NCBI GenBank assembly: GCA_951406725.2
Contig: OX597816.1
Location: 159,216,001-159,280,000 of the forward strand
Direction of reading: 5' to 3'
Origin: Octopus vulgaris
Lineage: Eukaryota
Length of the DNA: 64,000 nt
Shown here: positions 45,561-64,000 of the stretch, piece after piece
How positions within the stretch are numbered: the stretch's first letter is position 1
How the letters are laid out: the number at the start of each line of letters is the position of its first letter
Translations under genes and position numbers: made by a program
Notes under the pieces: model-generated
Told to the model about the DNA's origin: nothing
Seen by the model: only the letters and a program-made list of their open reading frames with translations
The model's database searches: none

Positions 45561-48500
45561 TATTTTGTTTCAGTCATTTGACTGTGGCCATGCTGGAGCA
45601 CCGCCTTAACGGGTTTTTTAGTCGAAGAAATCGATCCCAGGACTTATTCTTTGTAAGCCTAGTACTTATACAATTGGTTTCTTTTTCCAAACCACTAAGT
45701 TATGGGGACATTAACGCACCAGCATCGGTTGCCAAGCGATGACCAGGAGATAAACACACACATACATATCATATAAATATTTATATATATATATATATGT
45801 ATATATGACGGGCTTCTTTGAGTTTCCATCTATCAAATCCACTCACAAGACTTTGGTTAGCTTGAGGCTATAGTAGAAGGCATTTGCCCAAGGTACCATG
45901 CAGTAGGACTGAACCCAGAACCATATGGTTGGGAAGCAAGCTTCTTACCCCACAGCCACATTGCGTCTATATATATATATACACACACACAAATAGTTAC
46001 AAGACCAACAACCTCATTACCCCCACCTCCTCTAAATACTGAGCTGGGATGCACACCACTACCAATAATAAATACAGAAGAACAGCCACTTTCGTCCTCT
46101 AAGTCCACCTAATACATATTTACTACGGCAATCACCAGAATCTTCAGGGCATTGTGTACCTGAAGTGTAATGCCACCCAGGGCGGCCCTTCAATCTGCCG
46201 CCCCACCTGGGCTCCTGAACATATATAGCAGACCCAGAATTACCGCCTCCATAAAAGCGTTTCTGGGAGAGGACCAATCCCTCGTTCCCCACATGTAACA
46301 AGCATATACAAGAATAGACTGTATATACAATCCGTCATTGCTTCTTAGTGTGGACCAGGTAAAGGCATGCAGCCAATTAATAATATATAAGATTGCTCGA
46401 TTAGAGCTGACCAAGGAGCAAACAGCAATCCAATTTCTTAGTCAATTTTTAATTAATTGCGCATTATCTTGTAGCTTCAAGATTTCAAAGGTGTTTTTGT
46501 ATATTCTTAGAATGACATGATAGGGTAGGTGTGAAAGGTTGGATCTGGTTGGTTTTAAGATAAAACAGGTAGCATATTTAGGCCGGATTAAGTGCTCAAC
46601 TAATATTAGTTTGCAGTTCCATGTCATACACTGAAGCTAAAGTTAACCAAGGGACACAACTCCACTGTAATCTCTTACGGGTAATGATCATACATAAATT
46701 AAATGTTAAAAAAATAACCTTTTTTCTTTAAATTTACTTTTTTGTTTAATACAAGTCAAAAAGTGTTGCAAATTCTGTATTTCTCATGTCAACACCTTAC
46801 CTGCTAATTTATGCAGGAACTATTTTTCTATATTGTAATTAGATAATTGGGCTCTAGAATAATGAAATCCTAAGGCCCATAATAATTGGTGTTCATCTTC
46901 ACTGAGTCATTGTAATTGTATATCTTTTTACATAGATAACCTCACTCTTCACTGTCAGACAAGAAAAAGTGAAAAGCCATTTGTAAAAGCACAATCTTCA
47001 TAATTTTTTTTTTTTTTTTTCAACATCAAAATTTGTGAACAATAATTGGTTAAAGTTTCCAGCCTGCCAATCACTGATTCTCTGCATTTCACAGTGGGTG
47101 TATTTGTAATATGACGCAGAGCAATTATCTCAAGGGACTTTGGTAAAACTAGTTTATTCAGCTTTCATCACCAATGAATGTCTTTGACTAATGCATATAA
47201 CCTTTGCTGGTATATATACATATATTGCCCAAATGGTCAATGCCAGTGCTGCCTGACTGGCTCCTGTGCTGATGGCACGTAAAAAGCACCCACTACACTC
47301 TCAGGGTGGTTGGCATTAGGAAGGGTATCCAGCTGTAGAAACCTTGCCAAGTCAGATTGGAGCCTGCTGGCTTGCCAGTCCCCAATCAAACCGTCCAACC
47401 CATGCCAGCATGGAAAACAGACATTAAACGATGATGATGATATGGTGGTTTTCTATACAGATTTTATTTTCAAATTCTATTTACAAGTTATTGGTGAATT
47501 CAAACTATGGTAGAAGACCCAAAGGTGTCGTACAATAAGATCAATTGGGATACTGAAGCAAACTTTTTAAACCCACATCCTGCACCATTTTATTTTATAA
47601 TTTCTTTTAATCATAAAAATTTGATTCCTATTTCTAAAAAAATTTAATCTTGCTGTCTACTGAATCATAAAACCACTAACAAATATTCCATATTTCTCCA
47701 CAGCAGGAGAAAGGTCTGAAATCTGGGACAAGAGGGGTTAGTCAATAAAATAAACCCCTCATTACTTAACTGATATTTTATTTAATGACCCCAAAAGGAT
47801 TAAAAGCACAGATGAACTTTAATGGTTTTGAACTCAGAATGTAAAAATCTGTAACAAAGTACTGCAAGGCATTTTGTCCAAAGCTCTAATGATTCTACCT
47901 TAAATTTTGGGGCAAGGCCAGCAATTTTGAAGAGAGTGGGGGCTAGCAACTTACATTGAACCCAGTACTTCATAGGTACTTATTTTACTAATAAAAAGCA
48001 AAGTTGACCTCAGAAGGATCTGGATTTAGAACACGAAGAACTGGAAGAAATACCACTAAGTAATTTGTAAGATGCCACCCAGTCCCATCTGTAAAGTGGT
48101 TGATGCTAGGAGCAGCATCCAGTTGTATAAACCATGCCAAAACAGATCTCACTGGTGCTGGTATCACATGCAAAGCACCTAGTCCAATCTGTAAAGTGGT
48201 CAGCATTAGGAAGGGCATCCAGTTGTAAAAACCATGCCAAAAACAGTGAAGCCTAGGGCAGTCCTCTGGCTTGCTAGCTCCTGTCAAACTATCCAACCCA
48301 TGCTAGCAGAGAAAACGGATGTTAAATGATGATCATGGTGATGATGATTCATGATTCTGCTAGGTTGCCACCTTAATATTCATCATCATCGTTTAACATC
48401 CGTTTTCCATGCGAGCATGGGCTGGACAGTTTGACTGAGGTCTACAGAGCCAGTGGCTGCACAGGCTCCAGTCTGATCTCGCAATGTTTCTACAGGTGGA

Positions 48501-51500
48501 TGCCCTAACACCAACCACTCCCAGAGCGTAGTGAATGCTTTTTAGGTGCCACCAGCACAGGAGCGAGTCAGGCGGGCCTGGCATCGATCACGTTCAGATA
48601 GTATTTTTTACATGCCAACAGCACGGGAGCCAGTCAGAGTGCACTGGCATCGGCCACAATCAAGTAAAACTCCTGAAGGAAGTGCCCAACCATAACCAGA
48701 ATTAAAACAACTGAAACTAATAAAAGAGTACAAAAGAAAAAAAAGTACAAAGCCAGTAATTTTGAAAGCAATTACATCAACTCCAGTATTACAATGATAT
48801 TTATTATGTTAAAGGCAGCAAGCTGGCAGAAACAGCACACTGGGTGAAATGCTTAGCGGTATTTTGTTTGTCTTTATATTCTGTGTCCAAATTCCACCGA
48901 GGTCGACTTTGCCTTTCATCCTTTCAGAGTCAATAACTTAAGTACCAGTTGCATACTGGGTGTGATCTAATCGACTGGACTCCTACACAAAAATTTCGGG
49001 CCTTGTGCCTAGAGTAGGAAAGATATTTATTATGTTGAGCATAGCAGATTTTTAACTCAGAACATAAAGAGTTGGAAGAGTTGTCACTAAGCATTTTGGC
49101 CAGCATGCTAACATTTCTGCCACCTCACCAGCTTTACAAGGCATACAATAATAAAATTACATTAAGAACAGAATACTGATTGATGAAATATGATTTATTA
49201 AAATTTTTATTTAAATAAACTAGATTCCATGTACAAAGATCTGGGGGTTTTTTGTGTGTGTATGTGTGTAACATGTAATCATTTAATTTATATATTTTGA
49301 AAAGTTTCTTACAAACTTTTCACTCAACTAATTAAACAAAGATGCATATGAAAAATCCCGAAGTTTAAAATCATCATTTTAATATACATATATATACCGA
49401 ACCCACTCACAAGTAGATATACAGGTACACAGCTATTGTTGTTTCATATTAATGCAATAATGTGTAAATATGTGAAACACTCAGCAATTACCAGCTGATA
49501 CTAATACACAGAAACAATTGTAGTGATTTGGATTAAAGCCTGTTTGTTTCCATCTTGTATTATAATTGTTTCTGTATGAATTTTACGGATATTAACGGAT
49601 TTCCACATGTGTGTTCAGTACAAGAATTCCTGCTCTATATGATAGCCAATACCTATAGAAGAGCTTTGTAAAGCACACTATAAGGTTATTACCCAAATGG
49701 TATTTTATATATACACACGTTCCCCTGAAGAACTGCCAGGGATCTGTATCCAAATGCATAGTGAAACCCACTACAGAAGATGCAAATAGTCACAATGGTG
49801 AAACATGCTATGGGAACAAAAAGGGTGTGGGTGTATTTTACAATCATAATGAGATTCAGAAACACAGTCAATTTTTAGCTTTTGTATATTTTTGTTATCA
49901 CTTACAAAAGGAAGGGATAGTTCTCAAAACCCTTTTCTAGGGCCTCTCAGATTGGTGAGTAACTTATCCTTAGACTGGGCCTAAAAGCTTGCAACAGAGT
50001 AAACTCTGCCAAAGTCAGTCAAGGACCAAGCAGTGATGTTAAACTGGGTGAGGGACTGAGTCTACCCCTAGAAACAGGACTGGACCTTCTGATGGGATTC
50101 TACATTTCCTGTCTACCAAACTGCACTCACAAAACTCTGGTTGACCAGAAGATATTACAGTAGAAGACACTTGCCTCAAGTGATGTGCAGTGAGATGGAA
50201 CCTTACATAAGCATAGTTGCAATGTGAGGACCAAAATCACAGTAATGTCTGCACTTGTTTACACTGTTTTAATTGGTTCATTTCATAATCTGCCTCAAGG
50301 TGCTGAAATCACAATCATATTTTAATTTAATATCACACACACAACTTAAACGTTCACTGTTTTTTGTGTATAAAGTAATAAAAACCTAAATAGAAGTATG
50401 GATGGTACTGAAAATCTAACAGGAAAGCAGAACAGGGACCTCAGCCAAATAAAAGCCTATTAAAAGTCTTTTATTGGGTTCTGCCACTGGACCATAGTGA
50501 TGTTGGGGCAATGTCTGCAAGGACCTTATGTTGTACCAACCTTAGTACTTATATCTAGTATTTATTTTATTGATCTTTACAGGTACAGAAAACAAGTTGG
50601 GGATTACCATAGAGGTATAAGCAGGTCAGTATGGAAACAAATACAAGATGTATTGTTTGTCCCACCAATTTCTGTCACCCTGCTGATATGTGTGTGTGTG
50701 TGTGTGTAAATATACATAAGTATGTATGTATCATCATCGTTTAACGTCCGTTTTTGATGCTGGCATGGGTTGGACGGTTTAACTGGAGGACTGGCAAGCC
50801 AGTAGGCTGCGTCAGGCTCCAATCTGATCTGGCAATGTTTCTACAACTGGATGGCCTTCCTAACACCAACCATTCTGAGAGTGTAGTGGGTGCTTTTTAT
50901 GTGCCACCAGCACAGGAGCCAGTCAGTGGGGAGTGGCATAGACCACATTCAGGTGGGTTTTTTATGTGACACCGGCATGGGGAGCCAGTCAGGAGGCATT
51001 GGCAACAACCCATGCTTGAATGATGCTCATTACGGACCACCGGCATGGGTGCCAGCCATGCAGCACTGGCATTGGCCACAACTACAATTTCCGTCTTGAT
51101 TTGCTTTTATATATATATCGTTATCATTTAATGTCTGTTGTCCATGATGGCATGGGTTGGACTGTTTCACTGGGCTGGCACGTTGGAAGGCTGCACCAGA
51201 CTCCAGGGTAAAAATATGATAAACATAGTTCACCATTGTGGCAATTTGCATCTTCTGCATATTCCAAGTGTGATTGAATTCTGAACTACAACAGCAGAAT
51301 GGTGCATATATGTGCACACACACATGTGTATGTGTGTGCGCACACATTTGATAGGTTTCCCTAGTTTCTGCCTGCCAAATTTCACTTTCAAGGCTTGGAG
51401 CAATGAAACAATCAATATATTTCTTCCACTATATGAAGAGAGTTGTAAAACTTTAAGGATTAAGGTAGTGATATGGATGCTCAACACTAACGTGTGTGCA

Positions 51501-53956
51501 TGCAAATGTTAAACTACAGCACTTGAAGACAACCGGAGAAGATACTGATTAAAAGTGTATGGTCATGAAATTAATGCATAATATTCTAGTAATAATTCCT
51601 CTAAGAAATATAGATATGTAAATAGATTTTATATGTTGTCAACTATTTTTAGGAAGGCTCGATAGCCTTAGCTGCCATTGTGAAAAAAAGCATTTAAAAA
51701 AATTGACAACACGTAAATCACAATAAATAGTAAGGCAAGGAAAATCAGGACTTTATATAGTTTGAAGGTATAACATATAAGGCAAAGTATATATATATAT
51801 ATATTGAATTATGAAGCTGAGAGCTTTTGAAAAGCTGAAAAGAGTTATCATCAATTATCACTTGTCACTGGATGTTGGTCAGTTTTATACAAGAGGGTAA
51901 TGATATTGACTCTATAAAGAAAATCATAACCTAATGAATTGCAAACAACCCAATTCAAAGTGACTCTATATATAGAGAATTACATTCATCAAACAAATCA
52001 TGCACTGACAATTGTTACAAGAGGCAGTGCTGAGCTATCAAAGCCATCAGACACTGACTAATTGCACCACGTCCAGCACAGCCTTGGGTCATATACAAAT
52101 AAACCAGGTAGAGTTATAATAATCAGTCACACAAACACCCAAAGCTGCTTGGACATTAGCAACAGAAACAACACAAGTTAATCCCAGATTACAGAGTTGA
52201 AGCTGGTACAGCTTGGGTTAAGATTTAGATAATGAATGAAAGACTCAACCACAGATCAAGGTGCACTTTGATTCTCACAATAAGTCTTGTTTTGGTTGTC
52301 CATTCTATGTAGCTTTTTCACAGTATACATTGCTTCAACTCAGACTGAGATTGATAAACTCAGTAGACCTAATGAGATTACTAGTTGAGTTCTGTCAATG
52401 TTTACACAACATTAGAGAAGCAAATAAAGCAAATATGATAAACACCTCATCTTGTATATGAAGGCAAAATCAGTGTTGAAATCAGTAAATATTTAACTGT
52501 AGAGAAATAGTGATTGCCCTCACACTGTATCAACTATCGTCTATATTTAAAAAGATGAATTGGTCATCTTAGCTTTATCTTCATGCCACAATCATTTATA
52601 CAATGATTATGATAGATAATCTGATATTCTTAAGAACAAATCCTACATACTAATGAATAAAGTTACAGAATTAAAGATATCCAAATTATTTCTGAAGTAA
52701 GCTACAGTAAAATATTTTAATGTTTCAAGCTAAGAAAAGCTTTCCTAAGAAAGTAAACTGCAAAATGAAATATATATTTATTTATAAAAAGAGAAAATAG
52801 ATATTTTATGTAATACAACTAGAAATGATTTCAGTTGGTTGGTTAATTCACAAAAAAAGGAAAAAGAAAATTTCTAAGATATCTGTTGTTGGATATGAAA
52901 TTTTTGAAAATAATTTGTTTTATTCTATTAATCTTGTTAAAAGTGGTACATTTTTGTTGAAGACTACAAACAACTGTTGCTTCTTGTATCAGTAACTGGG
53001 GTGGTTTTTAAGAAATTTTTTTTAAGTTGATTTCATATATTTCAGTTGGGAAATGAATATAAAAATTAGGTCTTTTTGTAACAGTGATGTCATTAGATAG
53101 CAATATTCTCCTAATAAAAATTAAATTATTTACAACTAAACCAGTTACATATTCAAAACCCCTACTAGATAATACAGAGCTACAAAATTAAAATACCATA
53201 CAAACATAAAATTTTATTTTTTACTTCAGTTCTATAGTACCAAGTCAAGAACTTAGAGGTTATGTTTACCAAAAATGGAATCAGTCTTGAGTATATGACA
53301 AACAGAACTCTAGATATGAAAAAATTAATTTAGAGATAAATATCTTTGGAATAAGAATCTATACAAATATGTTGTGTAATATTGTATAAACAGAAACAAT
53401 TATAATATAAAAAAAACAATATTATATAAATAGATAATAAAAATGTAATATTTTTTGTAGAAAGTCATTGTCAAATGGTAAGATGAAATAAGATAACAAC
53501 TAAAGTTTTGGTTCTTGTTACTTACAAATGCAGCACCATGTTAAACAATGTGCAAGGAGTAATTTACTATTGTTTAATGAAGAAGAAGGAAAAAACTTAT
53601 TACATGTGATCTCAATTTCTTGAATTACCTTAATAGAATTTCAAGTCAAATGATTCAAGATTAGTTGAAACAAACATTTGTATAAAAATATTTTTGTTAC
53701 ATCTAAGCCTTTTTTCTCTAACTGATTTTTTTTCATCTAATATTATCAAAACAAGTCATTAAAAAGAAAAACAAAAAAAACTAAAATATCCAACTCAAAT
53801 ATATCCACAAAAAGTAGTATAAAAAATAAAATATAAAATTTATAATAACTGCACACCAGTTATATCAGGTAGTAACCTACCCACTTGTGCAGTAATTATT
53901 AACAAAAATAAAGAAAAAGCCATAGCTGTCAAAGCAAACAGATACATTAAACATGA

Positions 53957-53998
<42 letters not shown>

Positions 53999-55747
53999 CT
54001 AAAACAATTCCTGAAAACAGTAATGTTTCAGTATACCTGCAATATCACTTGTCAACATTAAAACTAATATGAGGTAGAAAGCAAACCTTAAGAAAGCCAT
54101 TTTCTATCTCTCTTTTTCTTTGAGAAGAGATTATATATAAGAGGGTGGTGGAGAAGGTAATGAAATAAAATACTTAGAACAGGGAAGTGAGTCAAATTAA
54201 CTGAAATATTCAAAAACCTAATTTTTCTTCTGCAATATACAAATTACATACAAAATCTGTACACATATACACTATTTATGGGTGTTCTCACAAGTAAGGC
54301 AGCATTCCACATTAATTAGTGGTTTAAAATGCTGCTTTACTAATGGGACATGTGTGTTATAATGTTAATTAAATTTGACTTCTTTCCAATTGCTTTAAGT
54401 TTCTTGCTCAAATGGTTAGTGAAAGCAAAATACTCAACAAATGTAAGATATATCAGAAGCTCTCAAGATACATTTGGATATGGTTTCTTGTGACATCAAA
54501 TCTTTAACTGGCAGAGTATAGAGTATAAAAATTAAAGGGTCCAAAAAAAAAAAATTTTTTTTCTTCTGCAAAAACAGAAAGAAAAAACATTAAATTAAGA
54601 AACTGAGAAAAGTAGATGTCTAGTTACCGATCCACAACCATAGAGAAATATGCCAGAGTATCACAACTATATAAATACAAGTTGAAGGGTGTTTTGAGAC
54701 AGGTATTTGTTGTGAGAGCTTATTGTGTAACTTAAGTGAATGTTGTAAATATTAGTACGGAAATAATGGTTTTCAGAATTGGGTGTTCATCTTTTAGACA
54801 AGAACCCAAATATGAAATGAGACTTCCAACATACAGGCAGAAAAGAAATAAAAGAAAAACAAAACATATTTGTAAGTTTGGTCAATAATAAATTGAGGAT
54901 TATTCACAAGTAGACATACAGGTATAATATACATTCTTGCTAAATGAACACATTTCTACACAAGAGTATAAAAACAGTACACATAAATGAATGTTTTATA
55001 TAGTTTCAAATTTTAACAAACTTGGTATAAAAAACAAATATGAAAATTAATTTATTTTGGAAGTATATAATCAGGACATTTGGGTGGATGTAATTGTGTC
55101 AAGTAATAAATAGAAGTATCTTAATATGAAAATCAAAACGTGTGTGTGTGCAGAGTTCTCCAAATGAATGTATACACACTTCAGCAAAGGAAAAACATCT
55201 GTATGAATATTCAACTTCTATAAGTACCTTTATAAATATAGATCCCTCTTTCAATGTTTTATCAAATTGTGATAACACTGAATGAATTGCAATAACACTG
55301 GATTCGAATATTTGTACAGATTTTTCCTTTCCTGAAAGTGTGCATATGTTGTTTTTTTTTTTGTTTTTGGCAGACTCCATATATAAATATATATGTATGT
55401 GTGTGTGCATGTATACATACACACATAAACATACAATGCAGGTGCTTCAAATAACAACAACGACATCATTACAATATTGTTGTTCTCACTAAACCTCCAG
55501 TAAAATCAGTGCAATACTGTCAGGTTCAAAATTCCATGGTATTGTAAAGTTTCATGGCAACAACTTCAGCAGATGACAGACAGTTAAGAATACGAACTAT
55601 ACTCAATGACACCTAATCATTGAAATCAGTAAGTTTAAAAAAAAAAAAAACCCTGAACAACAATTTAGCACATTAAAACTCTGAAGTTCCTTATATAACA
55701 AGTAAAGGCTGAAATAGCAAACTTTTAAGAATAAGGCATTTTAGCAT

Positions 55748-55786
<39 letters not shown>

Positions 55787-56697
55787 CAGAACTTACAGTT
55801 ATACCATCCTGTTACTCACTGTATATTTTGATGAGTAGTCACAGTAACAGATTTCCAGGTTCTGAATAAATTCTTTCTACAATAGGCACAACTGATACTT
55901 ATTTCATCAACCCAAAAAGGATGAAAAGCAAAGTCGACCTCAGCGGAATCTGAACTCAGAACAAAGAACACTTTGTCCAGTGCAGTAACAATCCTGCCTG
56001 CTCGCTGCCTTCAAGTTCTGAATGAATAGCAACAAGCTCTACTACTTGCAACAACAACAAAAAAGTAACAATATATATTATGCTCCTGATATGACCACCC
56101 CACACTGAATCCTGAATAAGAAAATGTATGTAGTGTATATATATGTAGTATATAAATTATATGAAGTGATGTATGAAGGTAAGCAAATGAAAAGATAATA
56201 TATGAGCAGCTGATTAGTGAAAGAGTCTCCTCTATTAGATCTTTAATAGACAAGATATTCTTTCAAAGCTTATATGTAAATAAATACCGGGTGTATCTGA
56301 TTAAGCTGTTTATTTTCTCAATTAAATTCAACTACATCTGCCTAATGCCAGCTGCACATAGTGATATATGTTATACAGAGTTACCAAGTATATACAAACA
56401 TACATGTAAAATGCATCAAAATGGATAAATAATATTCTTGTTTCTATTTGGTTTTAAGTTTGGCAAAAGTTGGTTGTAACAATGTATGGATAAGTATAAC
56501 TTATACACTCAAAATGAGATTCTAGTTTCAATGGAGAGAAAAAAACAACAAAAAACAAAAACTACAGTAACATCAATGCTTGTCATAATTTGCTTTCAAA
56601 GGATCTTCATGAACTGGCAAATCACAGTAATAGAAACATTTTAGGCTTGCTTTTATATATATATATATATATTTGTATATGTTACACGTGCAGGATA

Positions 56698-57222
56698 CAC
56701 AGGCCATTCCAGAAGTTTTTAGACTTTTTTCAGGAGATACAGTTATAACTGTCATAAATTACTGTAATTACTATACATCTAATAAGCTGACCTGCCAAAT
56801 TTTTTTTTATTTAAGGTTTATGGAGACAGTTGCAACATCACTTTGATCACACCCTACTAAACATTGCTTGTCACAACTCCATCCTGGTAATCAACTAATT
56901 GACAAAGATGGGCATCAAAACTGCCCCTCAGCCTCCCTACAGTCCAAACCTTGTTCCCTGTAACTTTTGGTTGTTCCCCAAGCAGAAAGAGAACCTCAGG
57001 GATAGTCATGTTGAAGACACTGAGAAGATGGATTCTGTGACATGGGTCCTAGACACCTTCACTTTCAGGACTTCTATGGGACCTTTAACAAAGTAGCTGG
57101 AGCGCTACAACATGTGCATTAAAATTACAGGATCCTACTTTGAAGGAGATGAGAGTTTTGTATTTCTTTGAAATTAATGTCTTTCCTGAAAAAGTCTCAA
57201 AGCTTCTGGAATGCACCTCATA
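56698..57222 (+). mobile_element. Internally deleted mariner (3' transposase remnant with both TIRs) in the IDH3A 3' region
   Basis: IKTAPQPPYSPNLVPCNFWLFPKQKENL...ERYNMCIKITGSYFEGD. TIRs cattccagaagtttttagacttttttcagga / tcctgaaaaagtctcaaagcttctggaatg. Confidence 0.8.
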
Positions 57223-57613
57223 TATACAAACAGCAGAGCAGAAAACATTTCCCTTTGGTTCTCTACTTTTAAGAAACTAAAATATATGTTAGAGAATGAA
57301 AAGCATGGCTTAATTAGTTAGGTACAAAATGTACAGAAATCCCATCTCTCTGTGAAGGAACGCTATCTTAGCTTATATAAAAAGGAGTAATGCTTTACCA
57401 AAAAGATACTGGTTTCTCTTGAATTTTAATGCACGAGGATGGGAATGATGTAAATTAGAATATATGACAAGAAAGGAAGATATTTTGGAGAGACAGATTT
57501 GTCAGTCTTCAGGTTCTTTTAACAAAAGCAGTAGTATTAAACACAAGACAAAAAAATACATAAATTAGTTACATGGTACACTAAGCATGGAAACTGCTAA
57601 TAGAAAATCTTGG

Positions 57614-63234
<5,621 letters not shown>

Positions 63235-64000
63235 CTAAATAACAAAAATATGGCTGACGTATATAAGAAAGTAAAAACATTTACAAATGTATTATTATTA
63301 ATGGTGAAGTGGAAGAACAAGAAGTTCCAGACTAAATATCCCAAGTGTTTTATTTCATTCTTCTAAGAATTCTGCCAGGTCCACCTTCACATTTTGTCCT
63401 CCAAAAAGGTGATAAATAAGATCTGTTAATGTAGTCGAATTAACTTAGCGTGGCCGTTGCCAGTACCACCAGACTGGCCCTCATGCCAGTGGCACATAAA
63501 AGCACTCACTACACTCTTGGAGTGGTTGGCATTAGGAAGGGCATCCAGCTGTAGAAACTCTGCCAGATCAGATTGGAGCCTGGTGCAGCCATCTGGTTCG
63601 CCAGTCCTCAGTCAAATCGTCCAACCCATGCTAGCATGGAAAGCGGACATTAAATGATGATGATGAAATAATGATATTATATCCTCTTCTCTACAGAAGT
63701 TGGTCAAAACAAATGATTAACATATCTTTTGACTAAACACAACAAAGGTATACAGAAGACAGTGTTTAGTTGAACAAATTCACACTATTATTTGTTTACA
63801 AAACACTTGGCAGATGAAACTGAAAACTGGATATGATGCATACAGAGGATGACAGACGGGCACAAAAAGTGTCCAAGCAATTCAAATGGAAGGGACCTGC
63901 AAAAGACATAGGAAGACGTAGTGGAAGCTAACCATATCAGGATGATGCAGGACTAAAACAAATGTCAAGAGGATATATTGCAGAAATCTAACCAACCCGT

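Overview
AT-rich, intron-containing eukaryotic (animal) genomic DNA. The SINE/MITE repertoire and microsatellite load look like an octopus/coleoid genome (inference, not verified). I reconstructed three spliced genes by hand from GT-AG sites and reading phase: (1) the last two coding exons of a Ly6/uPAR three-finger (quiver/sleepless-like), probably GPI-anchored protein (+, 3235-9394); (2) a complete 7-exon YEATS4/GAS41 (-, 16866-31179, 293 aa) with an unusual Ser/Thr-rich C-terminal tail; (3) the last six coding exons of IDH3A (-, 57614-63234), probably followed by a very long 3' UTR. Between YEATS4 and IDH3A is a CpG-retaining, transposon-rich interval containing a decayed mariner, a Helitron, a Merlin/MULE-like MITE and nested MITEs. 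Three features stand out. First, an intronless 281-aa ORF (42281-43126) encodes a divergent Ulp1/SENP (clan CE) protease with an N-terminal membrane segment and an intact His-Asp-Cys triad. Second, a ~700-nt CpG-rich element (32371-33074) folds on the + strand into a closed multi-helix structure rich in G-U pairs, and its 3' end is captured in a 139-bp near-perfect fold-back inversion. Third, a TA-flanked palindromic element (24702-25116) couples tRNA-like Pol III heads to Penelope-type minimal hammerhead ribozyme motifs. No CRISPR, rRNA or bona fide tRNA genes are supported. Repeat boundaries are approximate unless stated as exact.
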